NCBI GenBank assembly: GCA_964016885.1
Contig: OZ024741.1
Coordinates: 396,056,001 to 396,120,000, forward strand
Source of the DNA: Eledone cirrhosa
Taxonomy: Eukaryota
Direction: 5' to 3'
DNA length: 64,000 bases
The notes under the pieces are model-generated. The model saw only the letters and a list, made by a program, of their open reading frames with translations. It ran no database searches and was not told the DNA's origin. Positions within the stretch are counted from its first letter, which is position 1, and every line of letters begins with the position of its first letter. Below are positions 58,001 to 64,000 of the stretch, one piece after another. The translations under genes were made by a program, and so were the position numbers.

Positions 58001-61000
58001 TCAAAGTGCATCAATCAGTCACAGCACAAGAGTCAAAGTGCATCAATCAGTCACACCACAAGGGTCAAAGTGCATCAATCAGCCACACCACAAGGGTCTA
58101 AGTGCATCAATCAGTCACACCACAAGAGTCAAAGTGCATCAATCAGTAACACCACAAGAGTCAAAGAGCATCAATCAGTCACACCACAAGGGTCAACGTG
58201 CATCAATCAGTCACACCACAAGGGTCAAAGTGCATCAATCAGTCACACCACAAGGGTCAAAGTGCATCAATCAGTCACACCACAAGGGTCAAAGTGCATC
58301 AATCAGCCACACCACAAGGGTCAAAGTGCATCAATCAGTCACACCACAAGGGTCAAAGTGCATCAATCAGCCACACCACAAGAGTCAAAGTACATCAATC
58401 AGTTACACCACAAGAGTCAAAGTGCATCAATCAGTCACACCACAAGAGTCAAAGTGCATCGATCAGTCACACCACAAGAGTCAAAGTGCATCAATCAGTT
58501 ACACCACAAGAGTCAAAGTGCATCAATCAGTCACACCACAAGGGTCAAAGTGCATCAATCAACCACACCACAAGGGTCAAAGTACATCAATCAGTCACAC
58601 CACAAGAGTCAAAGTGCATCAATCAGTCACACCACAAGGGTCAAAGTGCATCAATCAGTTACACCACAAGAGTCAAAGTGCATCAATCAGTTACACCACA
58701 AGAGTCAAAGTGCATCAATCAGTCACACCACAAGAGTCAAAGTGCATCAATCAATCACACCACAAGGGTCAAAGTGCATCAATCAGTCACACCACAAGGG
58801 TCAAAGTGCATCAATCAGTCACACCACAAGAGTCAAAGTGCATCAATCAGTTACACCACAAGAGTGAAAGTGCATCAATCAGTCACACCACAAGGGTCAA
58901 AGTGCATCAATCAGTTACACCACAAGAGTCAATGTGCATCAATCAGTTACACCACAAGAGTCAAAGTGCATCAATCAGACTCACCACAAGGGTCAAAGTG
59001 CATCAATCAGTTACACCACAAGAGTCAAAGTGCATCAATCAGTTACACCACAAGTGTCAAAGTGCATCAATCAGTCACACCACAAGAGTCAAAGTGCATC
59101 AATCAGTCACACCACAAGGGTCAAAGTGCATCAATCAGTCACACCACAAGGGTCAAAGTGCATCAATCAGTCACACCACAAGAGTCAAAGTGCATCAATC
59201 AGTCACACCACAAGGGTCAAAGTGCATCAATCAGTCACACCACAAGGGTCAAAGTGCATCAATCAGTCACACCACAAGGGTCAAAGTGCATCAATCAGTC
59301 ACACCACAAGAGTCAAAGTGCATCAATCAGTCACACCACAAGGGTCAAATTCCTTCAATCAGTCACACCACAAGAGTCAAAGTGCATCAATCAGTCACAC
59401 CACAAGGGTCAAAGTGCATCAATCAGTCACACCACAAGGGTCAAAGTGTTTCAATCAGTCACACCACAAGGGTCAAAGTGCATCAATCAGTCACACCACA
59501 AGGGTCAAAGTGTTTCAATCAGTCACACCACAAGGGTCAAAGTGCATCAATCAGTCACACCACAAGGGTCAAAGTGCATCAATCAGTCACACCACAAGGG
59601 TCAAAGTGTTTCAATCAGTCACACCACAAGGGTCAAAGTGCATCAATCAGTCACACCACAAGGGTCAAAGTGCATCAATCAGTCACACCACAAGGGTCAA
59701 ATTACTTCAATCAGTCACACCACAAGGGTCAAAGTGTTTCAATCAGTCACACCACAAGGGTCAAAGTGCATCAATCAGTCACACCACTAGGGTCAAAGTG
59801 CATCAATCAGTCACACCACAAGGGTCAAATTCCTTTAATCAGTCACACCACAAGGGTCAAAGTGTTTCAATCAGTCACACCACAAGGGTCAAAGTGCATC
59901 AATCAGTCACACCACAAGAGTTAAAGTGCAACAATCAGTCACACCACAAGGGTCAAAGTGCATCAATCAGTCACACCACAAGGGTCAAAGTGCATCAATC
60001 AGTCATACCACAAGGGTCAAAGTGCATCAATCAGTCACACCACAAGGGTCAAAGTGCATCAATCAGTCACACCACAAGGGTCAAAGTGCTTCAATCAGTC
60101 ACACCACAAGGGTTAAAGGACATCAATTGGTCACACCACAAGAGTCAAAGTGCATCAATCAGTCACACCACAAGAGTCAAAGTACGTCAATCAGTCACAC
60201 CACAAGGGTCAAAGTGCATCAATCAGTCACACCACAAGGGTCAAAGTGCATCAATCAGCCACACCACAAGGGTCAAAGTGCATCAATCAGTCACTCCACA
60301 AGAATCAAAGTGCATCAATCAGCCACACCACAAGAGTCAAAGTGCATCAATCAGTTACACCACAAGAGTCAAAGTGCATCAATCAGTCACACCACAAGAG
60401 TCAAAGTGCATCGATCAGTCGCACCACAAGAGTCAAAGTGCATCCATTAGTTACACCACAAGAGTCAAAGTGCATCAATCAGTCACACCACAAGGGTCAA
60501 AGTGCATCAATCAGTTACACCACAAGAGTCAATGTGCGTCAATCAGTTACACCACAAGAGTCAAAGTGCATCAATCAGACACACCACAAGGGTCAAAGTG
60601 CATCAATCAGTTACACCACAAGAGTCAAAGTGCATCAATCAGTTACACCACAAGAGTCAAAGTGCATCAATCAGTCACACCACAAGAGTCAAAGTGCATC
60701 AATCAGTCACACCACAAGGGTCAAAGTGCATCAATCAGTCACACCACAAGGGTCAAACTGCATCAATCAGTCACACCACAAGCGTCAAAGTGCATCAATC
60801 AGTCACACCACAAGGGTCAAAGTGCATCAATCAGTCACACCACAAGGGTCAAAGTGCATCAATCAGTCACACCACAAGGGTCAAAGTGCATCAATCAGTC
60901 ACACCACAAGAGTCAAAGTGCATCAATCAGTCACACCACAAGGGTCAGATTCCTTCAATCAGTCACACCACAAGAGTCAAAGTGCATCAATCAGTCACAC

Positions 61001-64000
61001 CACAAGGGTCAAAGTGCATCAATCAGTCACACCACAAGGGTCAAAGTGTTTCAATCAGTCACACCACAAGGGTCAAAGTGCATCAATCAGTCACACCACA
61101 AGGGTCAAAGTATTTCAATCAGTCACACCACAAGGGTCAAAGTGCATCAATCAGTCACACCACAAGAGTGAAAGTGCATCAATCAGTCACACCACAAGGG
61201 TCAAAGTGCATCAATCAGTCACACCACAAGGGTCAAATTCCTTCAATCAGTCACACCACAAGGGTCAAATTACTTCAATCAGTCACACCACAAGGGTCAA
61301 ATTGCATCAATCAGTCAAACCACAAGGGTCAAAGTGTTTCAATCAGTCACACCACAAGGGTCAAAGTGCATCAATCAGTCACACCACAAGGGTCAAAGTG
61401 TTTCAATCAGTCACACCACAAGGGTCAAAGTGAATCAATCAGTCACACCACAAGGGTCAAAGTGTTTCATAAAGTCACACCACAAGGGTCAAATTCTTTC
61501 AATCAGTCACACCACAAGGGTCAAAGTGCATCAATCAGTCACACCACAAGAGTCAAAGTGCTTCAATCAGTCACACCACAAGGGTCAAATTCCTTCAATC
61601 AGTCACACCACAAGGGTCAAAGTGCATCAATCAGTCACAGCACAAGAGTCAAAGTGCATCAATCAGTCACACCACAAGGGTCAAAGTGCATCAATCAGCC
61701 ACACCACAAGGGTCTAAGTGCATCAATCAGTCACACCACAAGAGTCAAAGTGCATCAATCAGTAACACCACAAGAGTCAAAGAGCATCAATCAGTCACAC
61801 CACAAGGGTCAACGTGCATCAATCAGTCACACCACAAGGGTCAAGGTGCATCAATCAGTCACACCACAAGGGTCAAAGTGCATCAATCAGTCACACCACA
61901 AGGGTCAAAGTGCATCAATCAGCCACACCACAAGGGTCAAAGTGCATCAATCAGTCACACCACAAGGGTCAAAGTGCATCAATCAGCCACACCACAAGAG
62001 TCAAAGTACATCAATCAGTTACACCACAAGAGTCAAAGTGCATCAATCAGTCACACCACAAGAGTCAAAGTGCATCGATCAGTCACACCACAAGAGTCAA
62101 AGTGCATCAATCAGTTACACCACAAGAGTCAAAGTGCATCAATCAGTCACACCACAAGGGTCAAAGTGCATCAATCAACCACACCACAAGGGTCAAAGTA
62201 CATCAATCAGTCACACCACAAGAGTCAAAGTGCATCAATCAGTCACACCACGAGGGTCAAAGTGCATCAATCAGTTACACCACAAGAGTCAAAGTGCATC
62301 AATCAGTTACACCACAAGAGTCAAAGTGCATCAATCAGTCACACCACAAGAGTCAAAGTGCATCAATCAATCACACCACAAGGGTCAAAGTGCATCAATC
62401 AGTCACACCACAAGGGTCAAAGTGCATCAATCAGTTACACCACAAGAGTCAAAGTGCATCAATCAGTTACACCACAAGAGTGAAAGTGCATCAATCAGTC
62501 ACACCACAAGGGTCAAAGTGCATCAATCAGTTACACCACAATAGTCAATGTGCATCAATCAGTTACACCACAAGAGTCAAAGTGCATCAATCAGACTCAC
62601 CACAAGGGTCAAAGTGCATCAATCAGTTACACCACAAGAGTCAAAGTGCATCAATCAGTTACACCACAAGTGTCAAAGTGCATCAATCAGTCACACCACA
62701 AGAGTCAAAGTGCATCAATCAGTCACACCACAAGGGTCAAAGTGCATCAATCAGTCACACCACAAGGGTCAAAGTGCATCAATCAGTCACACCACAAGAG
62801 TCAAAGTGCATCAATCAGTCACACCACAAGGGTCAAAGTGCATCAATCAGTCACACCACAAGGGTCAAAGTGCATCAATCAGTCACACCACAAGGGTCAA
62901 AGTGCATCAATCAGTCACACCACAAGAGTCAAAGTGCATCAATCAGTCACACCACAAGGGTCAAATTCCTTCAATCAGTCACACCACAAGAGTCAAAGTG
63001 CATCAATCAGTCACACCACAAGGGTCAAAGTGCATCAATCAGTCACACCACAAGGGTCAAAGTGTTTCAATCAGTCACACCACAAGGGTCAAAGTGCATC
63101 AATCAGTCACACCACAAGGGTCAAAGTGTTTCAATCAGTCACACCACAAGGGTCAAAGTGCATCAATCAGTCACACCACAAGGGTCAAAGTGCATCAATC
63201 AGTCACACCACAAGGGTCAAAGTGTTTCAATCAGTCACACCACAAGGGTCAAAGTGCATCAATCAGTCACACCACAAGGGTCAAAGTGCATCAATCAGTC
63301 ACACCACAAGGGTCAAATTACTTCAATCAGTCACACCACAAGGGTCAAAGTGTTTCAATCAGTCACACCACAAGGGTCAAAGTGCATCAATCAGTCACAC
63401 CACTAGGGTCAAAGTGCATCAATCAGTCACACCACAAGGGTCAAATTCCTTTAATCAGTCACACCACAAGTGTCAAAGTGTTTCAATCAGTCACACCACA
63501 AGGGTCAAAGTGCATCAATCAGTCACACCACAAGAGTTAAAGTGCAACAATCAGTCACACCACAAGGGGCAAAGTGCATCAATCAGTCACACCACAAGGG
63601 TCAAAGTGCATCAATCAGTCATACCACAAGGGTCAAAGTGCATCAATCAGTCACACCACAAGGGTCAAAGTGCATCAATCAGTCACACCACAAGGGTCAA
63701 AGTGCTTCAATCAGTCACACCACAAGGGTTAAAGGACATCAATTGGTCACACCACAAGAGTCAAAGTGCATCAATCAGTCACACCACAAGAGTCAATGTG
63801 CATCAATCAGTCACACCACAAGGGTCAAAGTGCATCAATCAGTCACACCACAAGGGTCAAAGTGCATCAATCAGTAACACCACAAGAGTCAAAGAGCATC
63901 AATCAGTCACACCACAAGGGTCAACGTGCATCAATCAGTCACACCACAAGGGTCAAAGTGCATCAATCAGTCACACCACAAGGGTCAAAGTGCATCAATC
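52100..64000 (+). repeat. Four successive copies of a 3.0-3.6-kb block (offsets 3008, 3264, 3616 bp), AGTTAC-rich domain
   Basis: AACCACACCACAAGGGTCAAAGTACATC at 52289/55297/58561/62177. ORFs 54934, 58198 and 61814 are each 530 aa and nearly identical. Confidence 0.88.

Larger units (their letters stand above)
1..64000 (+). repeat. 32-bp tandem satellite array, about 2,000 monomers, consensus GCATCAATCAGTCACACCACAAGGGTCAAAGT; extends beyond both ends
   Basis: Positions 1-32 recur at 33, 65, 97 and onward to the end. ORF-track GTG starts keep a constant phase mod 32 (31, 28, 27, 26, 24, 22), changing only at visible indels. Common variants are AAGGG/AAGAG, GTGCATC/TTCCTTC/GTGTTTC and AGTCAC/AGCCAC/AGTTAC. 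Confidence 0.99.

Noticed and set aside
1-64000. CRISPR array (32 bp is a typical repeat length)
   Set aside because: The repeats abut directly with no spacers, and there is no palindrome, leader or cas gene.
1-64000. Variant order as an information-bearing code or programmed diversification cassette system
   Set aside because: The order is adequately explained by nested duplications and point mutation. No recombinase, reverse transcriptase or expression locus is present in the window.
1-64000. Inversions, transposon insertions or RNA genes hidden in the array
   Set aside because: None seen on reading through. Orientation is uniform and the phase accounting leaves no room for an insertion other than whole monomers.

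Overview
The whole 64-kb window is one uninterrupted, head-to-tail tandem array of a 32-bp monomer, consensus GCATCAATCAGTCACACCACAAGGGTCAAAGT (about 2,000 copies, about 47% GC, no CpG, AC-rich + strand). It runs off both window ends. I saw no unique sequence, spacer, inversion or inserted element, and no supportable gene. All ORFs in the track are a by-product of the repeat: the + strand consensus has no stop triplet, and 32 is not divisible by 3, so all three frames give the same 32-aa repeat. The real structure lies in the monomer variants. They define nested block duplications of about 0.9-4.8 kb whose offsets are whole multiples of 32 bp once short monomers are counted. They also define regional variant domains, rare heavily mutated marker monomers, and eight small indels. 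This looks like eukaryotic satellite DNA (inference); I do not recognise the family or organism. I found no convincing novel coding system. The best leads are the array's higher-order architecture and the transcription-factor-like motifs in the monomer. Block boundaries were read by eye and are approximate to within a few monomers.
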